Below are positions 1 to 11,441 of a stretch of DNA of 64,000 bases, piece by piece. The translations under genes were made by a program, and so were the position numbers. Source of the stretch: Piromyces finnis finn (taxonomy: Eukaryota; Fungi; Neocallimastigomycota); the NCBI GenBank assembly GCA_002104945.1, contig MCFH01000005.1, positions 434,001-498,000 on the forward strand, in the 5' to 3' direction. The stretch's first letter is position 1. The number at the start of each line of letters is the position of its first letter. The notes beneath the pieces are model-generated. The model was not told where the DNA came from, did not search any database, and was given only the letters and a program-made list of their open reading frames with translations.

Positions 1-23
1 ATATTTTTTTATGATAAAAATAG

Positions 24-1571
24 AGTTGTATTAGAAGACTTGATAAAGACATTACTGTTATGTCAGATAAAATCATGACTACTCTTTTAAATATTATTTC
101 TTCTGCTTCAAAATCATCTACTGTTTTAGAAGATGCTTTCCTTGCCGTTGGTGCTTTAAGTGCTGGTATTTAAAATAAATTATTTTTATTTTAAATATTA
201 AAAATTATTTATTATTTATGTATAAATTAATTAATTATTTTTATTTTATTCTTATAATGTATAAAATTATAGTTATTGAAGGTGGTTTCAGTAAATATAT
301 TGAGAGCTTTGTTCCATATCTTAATATTGCTCTTCAAGCTCATGAAGAATATCAAGTATATTGGTTTTTTTTTTTTTAATATTAATATTTAAAAATAAAA
401 TATATAATTAGTATATATTTTATGTTATAATATTAATGTTGCTATTAAATTATATTATAATTTATAATAGATGTGCTCCATTGCTGTTGGTCTTGTAGGT
501 GATATTTGTAGAGCTCTTAATGAAGGTGTTATTCCATTTACTGATGAATTTATGAATCATTTACTTGAAGATTTACAAGTATGAATATCATATAATTATA
601 ATGAAATAAAATTGTTATTTATAATATAATGTTAATAAATTAACTATAAATAGAGCTCAATTCTTCACCGTGATGTCAAGCCTGCTATCCTTTCATGTTT
701 TGGTGATATTGCTTTAGCTATTGGAAGTAACTTTGTTAATTACTTACAAATTGTTATGGTAGTTTTAAAACAAGCTAGTGGAATGGAAGCTTCACCAGTA
801 TGTTGAAATATATTAACCTTTGTAAAAAATTAATATTTTTTATTTATTAATTGTTATATATTATATATTTTATATGATTAATTCAAATACAATAACAAAA
901 GAATGACTATGATATGATTGATTATGTTAATCAATTACGTGAAGGTATTTTAGAAGCCTATGTTGGTATTGTTCAAGGTTTAAAGAGTGGTAACAGTGGT
1001 AAGTATGATGACTTCATATTACAAAAGTTACATAATAAATTATCATTTATATTTATTTATATATTTATTTATTATTATTAATATTATATATTACTTATAA
1101 AGCTGGTGAAATGGCTAGTTATGTTAATGATATATTCGCTTTTATGCATAATATCCATAATGATGTTGAGAAGACCGAAGCTTTAATTAGAGGTATTCTT
1201 GGTTTAATTGGGTAAATATTAATATAGAATATCATATGTATATTTATATAATATTATTATTGAATAGTAGGACTAAATATCTATTATCTAATTAAATAGT
1301 GATTTCGCTGATGCATTCCCTAACGGTGAATTAAATCCATTATTCAATGAACCATGGATTTCTGAAATTATTAGAGAAGGAAAGAGAATGAGAGGTTCTA
1401 TTTCAACAAAGGAAGTTGCTAAATGGGCTAATCAAGTAAATAATATAATATTTTTATATAATAAATTAATTAAATTAATCGAATTTATCGTTAATGAAAA
1501 ACTATTATTTATCTATTTATTATTAATAGATGGTAAAGAGATCTTTACAAGCTGCTTCTGTTTCTTATTAG
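24..1571 (+). CDS. KAP95: Importin subunit beta-1 (karyopherin beta), C-terminal 8 exons; 5' part lies outside the window
   Basis: Manually spliced GT-AG exons 24-165, 273-355, 471-578, 654-797, 902-998, 1103-1211, 1300-1435 and 1530-1571 join in frame. They give HEAT-repeat peptides typical of importin beta ([64 protein letters not shown]) and end at TAG 1569-1571. Confidence 0.93.
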
Positions 1572-2308
1572 GAAAACATTATTTTTAAGATATAAACTAT
1601 ATTATTCAGCAATTTTTTAATTTTTTATTTATAAATTTTTTAATTCTATTTTTAAACATATTTTTAATAATATTCTCTGTTTTTTACTTTAAAAAGTGCA
1701 AAAACAAAGTTATAAACATCATTATTAAGCAACTTATTATTTTTTTTTTTATTTATTTTTTTTTAATACTAATGTTTAAAGAAAGAAAATTATTTTAATA
1801 TTTATTTCTATTTTAATCTGTCAAAAGTAGTTGCTTTACATTTATATATATTCACTTAATAATAACTATTATATTTTTATTCTGGAGATGCGTAATAGTT
1901 GATTAAATCTTTATATATTAAATATATTAAAGATAATTACTTTATTTAGAAATAAAGCATTTTCCTTTCAACGATTTAGTATTAAAAAAAAAAAAAAAAA
2001 AAAAAGGAAGAAAGAAATAATTTAGAATATGTTTTAATTTTTATTTAAAAAGTGTATATTTCTTTTTGTTATTATTAATGCATATATATTAAGAAAAGAA
2101 ATATTTACTTATTGTATATTTTTTTCTTTCAAAATGCAAATAATATTTATAAATTAACAAACAAAATAAATAAATCAATAAATAAAATAATACAAAATAA
2201 AATTATTAGATATAACTTGTATTAATAATCTATGTTGATTAGAGTAATTGGTAAAATAAATAATTAAATGAAAATTGAATGTATTTATATGTTTATGATA
2301 TGATTTAT

Positions 2309-3251
2309 GCCTAATGCATATCGGTCTCAACAAACCTCACTTAAATTTAGGAATTACCTGGATTATTCGTATTCGATGCGATTATGAATACGCTACCAGA
2401 ATTGCTATTGCCAGTAATAGAGTTACTCCTGACTGCCCTCGTGTCTGTCTATGTTGCGGATATGATGAATAATCTTTTTACCATTGGATATTAGAATGTT
2501 CTGCATTCTTTTAGTACAGAACTTCTTCACTTAGCTTTCTTGATGATCTTTTTACCCTTTTTTACAATAAATATAAGAATCAATTCATCACATACTTACT
2601 CCCTGAAATGGAAGTAAGAAAAACAATTTATAACTATATTTTTACGTTTCTTCTTGGTGGAACTTTAGCTTATGATGAGCTATAAATCGATAAGGCGGAA
2701 CAAAGACATTTGAATGAACAGCTTTACAGTTCATCGGGGTCTCATGTTCCATATGTAGAGGGTCTCGCGGCTTTTCTTACTAAAACAATCCCTATCATTA
2801 GTAGCTCTATGAGGCTATTTTTTGATAGGTTTAGTATAACACCTAACGTAATCAAGAGCGCCGACGTCGTACCGATATGGCAAAGGAACATTCTCAGTGT
2901 TCCGTACACAGGGTTCAATGTTAGTATTTCTTCGAATGAAAATATTATGAACTCATGGGAGAGTTTAGTGGACACCACACTATCATACCTGATGTTACTT
3001 CTTTTTTTTATTTCATTTAATTTATTAGGTAGGGATCAATCCCACACAGTACAAATTGCAGAGTTCATTGAACTTTTATGCAACTTATATAATTATTTTA
3101 TATTATTTTATATTTATATTTTTATTATTTTTATTTATTATTTATTATATTAATATGTATTATCACCTAATATTATGTAATATCACAAATTAAATAAATA
3201 AATAAAAGATGTGTATTCTCTTCCTAGTCTAAAAAAAAAAAAAAAAAAAAA
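2309..3251 (+). mobile_element. 5'-truncated family-B LINE copy (B0) with poly(A) tail and 14-bp TSD
   Basis: Reverse complement of about 18330-19270. It encodes a decayed zinc knuckle (CPRVCLCCGY..HWILEC) and IFTFLLGG, with poly(A) at about 3231-3251. TSD atgatatgatttat lies at 2295-2308 and 3252-3265. Confidence 0.93.
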
Positions 3252-3841
3252 ATGATATGATTTATACATTTAATTTATTACAGTATAATTTTAATATATT
3301 TGTCACTTAAATATTTCACATTTTCTAACATTAACCTAATTATTCTGTAAAGAATTAATTGGTTTGGTATTGAATATAAATGTTAAAATTACAAGCAATT
3401 AAATATAATTATATTTTAAATAATCTTTTAAAATTAATTTACATTTTTAATAGTTAATTGGAATATATATTTTTGATTGTTATTTTATATATATATAATT
3501 ATTCATTTTTCATAAATGCTTTTCTGGATAATAGACAACCTTTCATGAATAATAATTTAAAATAAATATTTATTGTATCATGAATTGGATATATATTTGG
3601 CTCTCTATGCCATCTAATTATTTAGTAATTTAGGATTAGAAACTCGTCTTATTTACTCTTGTCCTTTTAATGATTAATCTTCTAGCTTTACATCAGATTT
3701 ACAGTTAATCTTTTAGTTTGTATTTATACTATCCTTTAATAATTTGTAGATAGCTACTCAATTATTTTTTTTTTTTACACTATTTATTAAGTGATATATA
3801 AATAGATAACGAATGATTTACTTTTTTTTTTTTTTTTTTTT

Positions 3842-4045
3842 GTTTTGTGTCCTTTTGACGATGCATGATTCAACACTTTGATTTTTGTGCCTTATATCGT
3901 ATTGACAAAGCATGATTCACCTTTTTGGTTTTATGTCCTATTGAAAACTCATAGATTCATGGATTACTACTTTAGTTTTACATTTTTGGACAAACTCATG
4001 GCTAACACTGGTTTTGTGTTTATTAGATGATTCATGACTAATTGG
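3842..4045. repeat. Degenerate tandem repeat, about 6 units of 35-45 bp, directly after a 20-nt T run
   Basis: Recurring ggttttgtgtcc..attgac..catgattcaacact-like units follow the T run at 3822-3841. Confidence 0.55.
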
Positions 4046-6660
4046 CTTTGTGTCAATATATATATATACGATTTTATCTTTTTAATAAAATAGATATTAG
4101 ATTAGTATTTGATATACTTATTGTTTTCAGTTTATGTGAATTTTAAGTCTTGTTACTAGAGGTTAAATTTGTTAATATGCTAATATGTATATTGACATTA
4201 ATAAGTTCTTCAAATATAAGATACGAAAATCTTGTTTGATATGAGGTAAACACAGTATAGTTGCTTAATGCTTGGGAATATCAACCCCCAAAATACGGTA
4301 ACTACCAGAAAAGATAATATTGTAAGTTTTAGTAAGTTGAGGTGCCTTTTTTACTAAATTTAATTAATAATAAAGGTATTCCTAACATTTTCCTGAATGT
4401 TGGAGATTAAAGATATATGATGAAATTTAATTATCACTACGATTAATTAATAATGATGATTTTTACAACATTTTTCTGTATGATGATAAATATAAACGTA
4501 TAATGAATTGTTGTCATCATTAAGTATGTTAACTTTTATAGAATGTCTTATGCCATAATAAGTTGATAATATATCGATGTGACACTCTCTTTGATATGTA
4601 AATTATAAATTATTGTCAATTAAAACATAATTTATATGTGAATATACCTCTTTATATGTAGGTTTTATTATTCATATTTTAATAAAGTATTTACACTATT
4701 ATTAGTGATACTTTAATTAACGACACTTCAAATACCCGATTTCAGTTTAATAGTAACTAATATATATTTAAATAATAAGTAATAAATTTTATAATTTAAT
4801 AGAAAACTATTATGAATAATTTACAATCTATTTTGTAATATATAGTAGTAACTACTATGAATAAACGTGATATGTCTATACATGTATATTAATGTATAAA
4901 TGTTTTTTTATTCAGTGAAAAAATAGTTATTAACATAGTATGATGCTACTTTATATTTATTAAAACTATTGAAAAATATTTTTATTTAAGACGGTTGTAT
5001 TTAATTCATGAAATTAGTATGATAAAATAATGTATTTGGACAGTATTTTTAAGAAAGTTGCGATAATTTTCATGTTAACGTAATGAAAATATCTGTGGAA
5101 GTAATATATTTGTGATTTTTGGTTTCGTTGATGTTATGATTCATTTTTAGAAATATTACCATTTTCAATATATATCAAAGTTGATAATCATTAACTTTTA
5201 TAATCATATTCCCAGACTCTTTCTTTAGATAATGTATGAATCTTTTAAAACTTATTTTATTAAAGTCATACTCTAAGTATGTATTGTTAGAAAATATTCT
5301 TTCTATTGCACACACAAACTTCAATAATTTTCTTGATAAATAATCAATATTAAAAGAACAAATTTATTTAGATTTCATGTATCATATTTTCAAAGTGAAT
5401 ATTACTATATAATCTCCTTTGAAATAGAAGTTAAATTAATTTTAATATCATAACTATCTATATTTAAGCAATTTTAAATTCTCTAGCTATTTTTTTTATT
5501 TTACTATTGATGATTTTATTTTGAATTACAATGCCATCCAGTTGATATGGTGATATAGGTGTCGTTGTTCCCCGGGGTTAAAGTTACTTATTTAAATTTA
5601 GGTTACTTTTTATATTTTCTAAGCTAACTAAATTCAAATTAATTTAAATATTAGTAATTTATTTGTTTTAGGAAATATAATGTTTGAATTCTTCCATTAT
5701 AAGTTCATTTATATTATATTAAAAAATAGAACACTACATATATATTATATTTTTCATATTGATTATTTTTCTTTATATTATTAATCTCTTTTATTTCTAT
5801 TCTTTGGCTATGAAAGTTAATATATAATTTCTAAAACTCAAATTCTAGGACTTTTTAAAAATATTATCTATCATTTAGATAATATCAGACTAAATAATTT
5901 ATATATAATGGTTAGAATTTCCAATTTTTTATTTACTCTTTGTCCTTTGTTATAATTTAGTATTTGGCGGTTAATTCACCTTTTAGAGAATCAATCTAGA
6001 TTCATTCAAGACTCTTAATCTATTAGGTATAATCTTTATTAAGGTTTATTAATACTTAGGTTAAGAATTAACTTAGATTAAAAAGTTAGTATAAAAAAAA
6101 ATACATATTACATGTATTTATATATTTATAATGTGGCTTATATATTTAATTCGTTACAATATGTATCAACATATTTGACCCTTCTTTAAAATAATTCACA
6201 TATTCTAACAAAATAAAGAAGTGAAAAATGAAATATAAAAGATGATATTTCAGAAATAAATTTATAAAAATATTTATAAAAATATTATTAATTTTTAATA
6301 ATTTAAAAAATGATATTAAAGGTTTTAATATTATTTATTAAAGATTTATAATTTCTAGAAATTTTAATACTATTTTATTTTATAAATTATAGAAAACATT
6401 TATAATAAGTGAATAAATAAGTTAAAAAATTGTCATATCAGACTCAAATTCTCTAGATTGGATTTTCCAAACTGTCGCGTTTTCATTAGATCATTTGATA
6501 TACACTTTTTTTTTGTTATATAGAATGAAGTGTTAACAAATAAACAAATAGATCAATAAACTTCAGAATAAGAAATAATAGTCAAATATTTTGAAACTTA
6601 TTGTAATAAATTAATATATAAGCCACGTTATAAATATAGAAAAAAGTTAACATAATAATT

Positions 6661-6683
6661 TTTTTTTTTAGACTAGGAAGAGA
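6661..6683 (-). mobile_element. Ultra-short family-B LINE insertion (about 14 nt of 3' terminus plus poly(A)) with 12-bp TSD
   Basis: T9 plus agactaggaagaga is the reverse complement of the B0 terminus tctcttcctagtct-An. It is flanked by aacataataatt at 6649-6660 and 6684-6695. Confidence 0.8.
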
Positions 6684-7484
6684 AACATAATAATTATAAA
6701 TCCGAATTAAGATTATATCTAATAATTAATTAATTAATGAATCAATAAATAAATATGCATACAATTTTATTCTTCTTTTTCATTATTGCTAGTTTTTTTT
6801 TTTTTTTTTTTTTATAAAGGGTTTATTGCTTTAATTAAAGTTATTTTAATAATTGGTAGAATATCCAAAAAATTGAAAGAAAAAAGGCGAAAGATTTGCT
6901 CGATCTACAAAAATCAAAAGATTGATAATGGGATTTTATTCCATGAACCATTGTTAAAATTAATTGGATAATATGAAAAGCATAGAATAAATAAATTAAA
7001 ACTAAAAAATATATATATATATAAATGGTAATTTATAGAAAATTGACAAAATTTAGAATTTTCCCATTTGTTGTTAAATAATTGATTTGTGCAATAGAAA
7101 TTAATATGACATTAGTTTGGTCAAACTTTAATTTTAGAAATGCCGTATTAATATTTTGTAGATCAAAAAATGGGAGACAACAAAACAATACAAGTAAACG
7201 ATAAAAATTGAAAACATTTATTATAATAAATATATTTATAAAAAAATAGTTCTTTAATAATTTATTAATAAAAACAAAATTTATATTAAATTTTGATAGT
7301 ATTTTATTTATTATAATTATTATTTTTACAATTTATATTATTAACAATAATAATATATTATATTTCAAATATTATTTATACTATTTTACTATTTATATAA
7401 AGAACTTTATATTAAATAACTTTTTAATTAACTTTTAATTTATTTTATAAAATTTTATTTATATAAAGTCTCATATTAAATAAC

Positions 7485-8975
7485 TTAGAGTGGTGGGTTA
7501 GCGTTCTTAAGACCTTCTTCGAAGAAGGCTTGGAACCATTGACCGGCTTCTGGAGCTGGCTTCATGGCGGTTCTGTGACCACAGTAACCATCGTAACGCT
7601 TAGCACTTTCATCAGAAGTACCATCAGATTCACCGTATGGCTTAACCCAGTAGAAAGCATCAAGGTAATCCATACCAGCAATTGGACTGGCTTGTGGACG
7701 AGCACCAATACCAGATCCCATTTGGTTACACCATTCTCCTGGGTGGAAACGGTCGTTCTTAACACCATTACGAGAAGTATCTTCAATGAAGTAGACAGAC
7801 TTGATACCAGCAGACTTGAAGTCCTTGTACATGGCTTCAATGTATCTCTTTTCATCTGGGCAAGAGTTCCATTCAGTTTCTGGACCACGAGAAAGTTCTG
7901 GGTCTTCCCATGGAGTGTAGTTAGCAACGTTGGAAGCGAAACCACGAACTTGACCTGGAGAACCAGAGGAAATAACCTTAGAGTAAACCTTACCGGCCTT
8001 TTCACGGTTGTCATCCCAACCTAACCAGAAAGCGTGACCAATATCAAGGTACATAGAAACGTGTGGAAGAACACCGAACTTCTTAATTAAGTAAGCGTGA
8101 CCATCGTAGTAGTACTTTTCAGACTTAGCACAAGCTGGAGTAGATTCAATGTTGGTAACCATGTTAGCAAGGGAATCTGGTTCAATAATAAGGACAACTG
8201 GTTGAGAAATGTAAGTCTTTAACTTTTCTTCAATGACATCAATGTATTCAGACTTGTAACGAGCGGCATCAGCATCGTTGGCAAGAAGTTCACCATTGGA
8301 AGCAAGAGCGTGACAATCACGACCTGGTAAATCGTAAACAACAAAGACAGTTAAGACAGTTTGACCAGTGGCGTTTTGTTCAGCAAGAGCAGACTTAAGG
8401 TTTCTTTCTAACCAGTTTTGCATGTTTTCAATGTTATCTAACCAGATAGCGTTAGAGTATTCCTTCATCTTTTCAGCCTTAGCAATAAGGGAAGAGTCAC
8501 TCATTTGAGCAATAGCAGCATCAACTTCAGCAGTGTAGTATGGGTTGATGAAGAATTTGTGACCCTTGAATGGGTTACCACTGTGAGTGTATTGGGAACC
8601 AATACTTGGGTTAGAATCATCGTAACTGCCGTTGTTAGATGAAGAGTTGTTACTGCTACTTCCACCAGTAACAATACCACACCAATCACCGTTTTCAACA
8701 CCCCACTTACCATCACTATCAGTGTAAACAGCTTGAGTAGTGGAAGTACAACAGTTGTAACCTAAAGCCTTAGCCCAGCAAGAAGCAGAGTTAGTAGCGG
8801 CTGGAATACCACACCAGTTACCGTTTTCAATACCCCACTTACCATCAGCGTCAGTGTATTCAACCTTAGCGCTAGAAGAAGAACAGCATGGGTAACCTAA
8901 GTTTTGGGACCAGCAAGCAGCAGAAGCCTTAGCGGCAAGAGCAGCAGCAGCAATTAAAGCAACAGAAGTTTTCAT
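7485..8975 (-). CDS. Secreted GH6 cellulase (cellobiohydrolase-type) with two N-terminal fungal dockerin (CBM10) domains, intronless, 496 aa
   Basis: Signal peptide, two CW..LGY.CC...D.DGKWG.ENG.WCG dockerins, and GH6 motifs VYDLPGRDC, IEPDSL, WCN and WVKPYGESDG. Confidence 0.97.
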   Translation of the reverse strand: MKTSVALIAAAALAAKASAACWSQNLGYPCCSSSSAKVEYTDADGKWGIENGNWCGIPAATNSASCWAKALGYNCCTSTTQAVYTDSDGKWGVENGDWCGIVTGGSSSNNSSSNNGSYDDSNPSIGSQYTHSGNPFKGHKFFINPYYTAEVDAAIAQMSDSSLIAKAEKMKEYSNAIWLDNIENMQNWLERNLKSALAEQNATGQTVLTVFVVYDLPGRDCHALASNGELLANDADAARYKSEYIDVIEEKLKTYISQPVVLIIEPDSLANMVTNIESTPACAKSEKYYYDGHAYLIKKFGVLPHVSMYLDIGHAFWLGWDDNREKAGKVYSKVISSGSPGQVRGFASNVANYTPWEDPELSRGPETEWNSCPDEKRYIEAMYKDFKSAGIKSVYFIEDTSRNGVKNDRFHPGEWCNQMGSGIGARPQASPIAGMDYLDAFYWVKPYGESDGTSDESAKRYDGYCGHRTAMKPAPEAGQWFQAFFEEGLKNANPPL

Positions 8976-9032
8976 TTTGAAATTAAAATAATACTAAAAA
9001 AAATTATATATTTTGTTTTTTATATTTGTAGC

Positions 9033-9039
9033 GACTTGC
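9033..9039 (-). promoter_or_regulatory. Candidate cellulase upstream motif GCAAGTC (also at 30875-30881 and 52556-52562; GCAAGCG at 61469-61475 on +)
   Basis: The same GC-rich 7-mer lies 53-105 nt upstream of the ATG on the sense strand of all four cellulase genes, in extremely AT-rich flanks. Confidence 0.4.
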
Positions 9040-9922
9040 ACCTATTAATTATTTATTTTCTTCCAGAGAAAAATAAAATAAAAATTAATAATGAATTAAA
9101 AAAAAAAAAAGAAAAAATTCTTCTTTTATATAAAATAATTTAATTTATTAATGATAGATTTTTGTATGTCAAACTTGACAATATTTAAAAAAATAATATT
9201 AATTAAGATAAAAGCAAATAAATTTGAATTTTGTTTTGTAGATCAATTCCTTTTTTTTAATATTAATAATATTTGTTAATATAAATTAAAAAATATTTAA
9301 TAATATTTTAAATTGAAATAAATGACCTATGAGCAATAATTACAATATATAAAAAAATTTAAAAAATATAAATTAAACTATTTATTAATATATGTTTAAA
9401 TAAATAAAATTAAGATATTATTCGTTAAAATAACAGTTTCAAAAAAAGTTACACAAAAAAATGTATCATGCCCAAATTCAACATTACAATTCTAAATCCT
9501 AAATTGCAATTACCGTATATAACACCACTTTTATTTTAATTTGTTATTATTTAATTTTTTATATTAATATCATATGTTCTTATTTGTCTTTGATATTAAA
9601 TTTTTAAAACTGTATATATGTAATAAAGTATATAGTAAATATTATTTAATAATAAATTGTGAGGATTATTAGCTTGAATTGGTATACATTTTATAATTAA
9701 GAAAATTAGTTTAATAAATATTATTTTGAAGCTTCAAAATAAATATTATTAATGTTTTTTTCTCAATATGTTATATTAATGACTTTTATAAAGCTAAATA
9801 TTATTAAATATTTATATTTTGGTAATAAAAATCATAAATTAAGTGTTTTTTTTTTTTAATTATTTTCATGGTCATATAATTAATTTATTTATAATAGAGT
9901 AATAATATACTTTTTAGTTAAC

Positions 9923-10027
9923 TTTGTTTCTAATAAAATTTAACAAGATTTTATTTTTTAAACAAAAGGTATTTTTCAAATTTAACATTTAAAAAATAAA
10001 GTCTTGTTAAATTTTATTAGAAACAAA
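9923..10027. repeat. 40-bp inverted repeat (1 mismatch) with 25-bp spacer
   Basis: tttgtttctaataaaatttaacaagattttattttttaaa (9923-9962) versus tttaaaaaataaagtcttgttaaattttattagaaacaaa (9988-10027). Confidence 0.85.
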
Positions 10028-11027
10028 TACCTTTTGTTTTTACTAATGATTTAATTAAAACAAAAAATATATTTATATATATTTTAATGAATATTTAATT
10101 ATATAATTAATTTCTTTATTTACAAAAAAGAGCCGTTAATGAAAATAGAATTTAAGTAATGAAATTATAAGGCCGCTGCTAATAAATATAAAAAATAAGT
10201 TATATAAATAAAATACTTTTTTACAAAATACCAAATTTTATTTTTTAATTAATTATCCCATTATTATGTAAAGAAAGTATTAATAATAAATTCTTTTTTA
10301 TTTGATAGAGTCGCTTATTAATATATTATATATATTATATAAAAATAAAAAAACATATGGATAATGAAAAAAATTTATTTATATTAACTTTAATTAAAAA
10401 GGTTAAGTTTAGAAAAAAAAAAAGTTTGTTAATAATATTTTTGTTATTATATTTCACATCAGACAAAAATTAGGAAGGATTTAAATATTTATTATAATTA
10501 AAAATATATATATAAAATTATAGAATTTCCTTATTAAAGGTTAAATATTTAATATTCCTATTAGAAAAATTATAAATAGTTTCATAGTATAATAATTTCG
10601 ATTAATCTATAATTTTCATTTTTATACTTTTTTTATACTAATTTGTTATATTTCTTAATTTTAAAATTCTCAATTAATATAGATATAACAATAAAGAATA
10701 TTTAGACCACCTACACTTCTTATTTCATTTCTATAAATTAAACTTCTATTACTCTTTTTAATACAAACAACCATTTCGTTACTTTAAAAATGAATTTTAA
10801 ATATTTTATTATTAAAATTTAGTCAAAAATATTACTCAATTCAATATACATAATTCATTTATTATTTATTCATATATAATTATATATTTTTTAATTTAAA
10901 ATTTATTTTTTTTTTGAATAATAAATATTACTACATTGTCATTTTTAAATACAATATACTACTACTTATTTTTTGAGTCACAGAATTTAGATTAGTAAAA
11001 ATTTTCTTTAATCGATGATTTATTTAT

Positions 11028-11441
11028 TAGAAGTAACTGAATCTATAGCTGTGACAATTTTTTTATCCTTTATATTTTTGGATAAATATTTACAATATTA
11101 TTACTATTACATAACTACATTTGCTATATATTTATATAATACTAATAATATATGTAAATATTAATTTGTAATAAAAATATTTTAATGATTAACACTAAAT
11201 ATTCATATTTCATTTTACAGTATGTAAGAAAGTAAAAAAAAAAACCATAATTTGTTTGAAAATAGAAGTAACTGTTCTTATAGCTGTAAACTTATCCATG
11301 AATTTTTATCTAATCATTTATATTTAATATAAATATTTTAAAAATATTTATTTTGTAAAATACTCATATTATTTTTGCGGTACGTAGATTAGTGTAAATT
11401 CAAGTGAGGAATAATTTTAGAAGTAACTATTTCAATAGCCG
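11028..11441 (+). repeat. Three dispersed copies of TAGAAGTAACT-N6-ATAGCYG
   Basis: Copies start at 11028, 11263 and 11418. Confidence 0.55.

Noticed and set aside
1388-1588. 66-aa ORF in the ORF track
   Set aside because: Read-through from an importin exon into its intron.
4100-6600. Slightly GC-richer region with a faint RT-like peptide (SYRILGVDIP, minus strand near 4300) and weak resemblance to the family-B 5' region near 3650 and 5930
   Set aside because: Too decayed to support by eye; possibly an ancient transposon. A TBLASTN or HMM search would decide.
7530-8024. Overlapping and antisense ORFs over the GH6, GH9, hydrolase and LINE genes (for example 7530, 7562, 29404, 24529, 25929, 49838, 50072)
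   Set aside because: Shadow ORFs arising from codon bias and higher GC in real coding frames.
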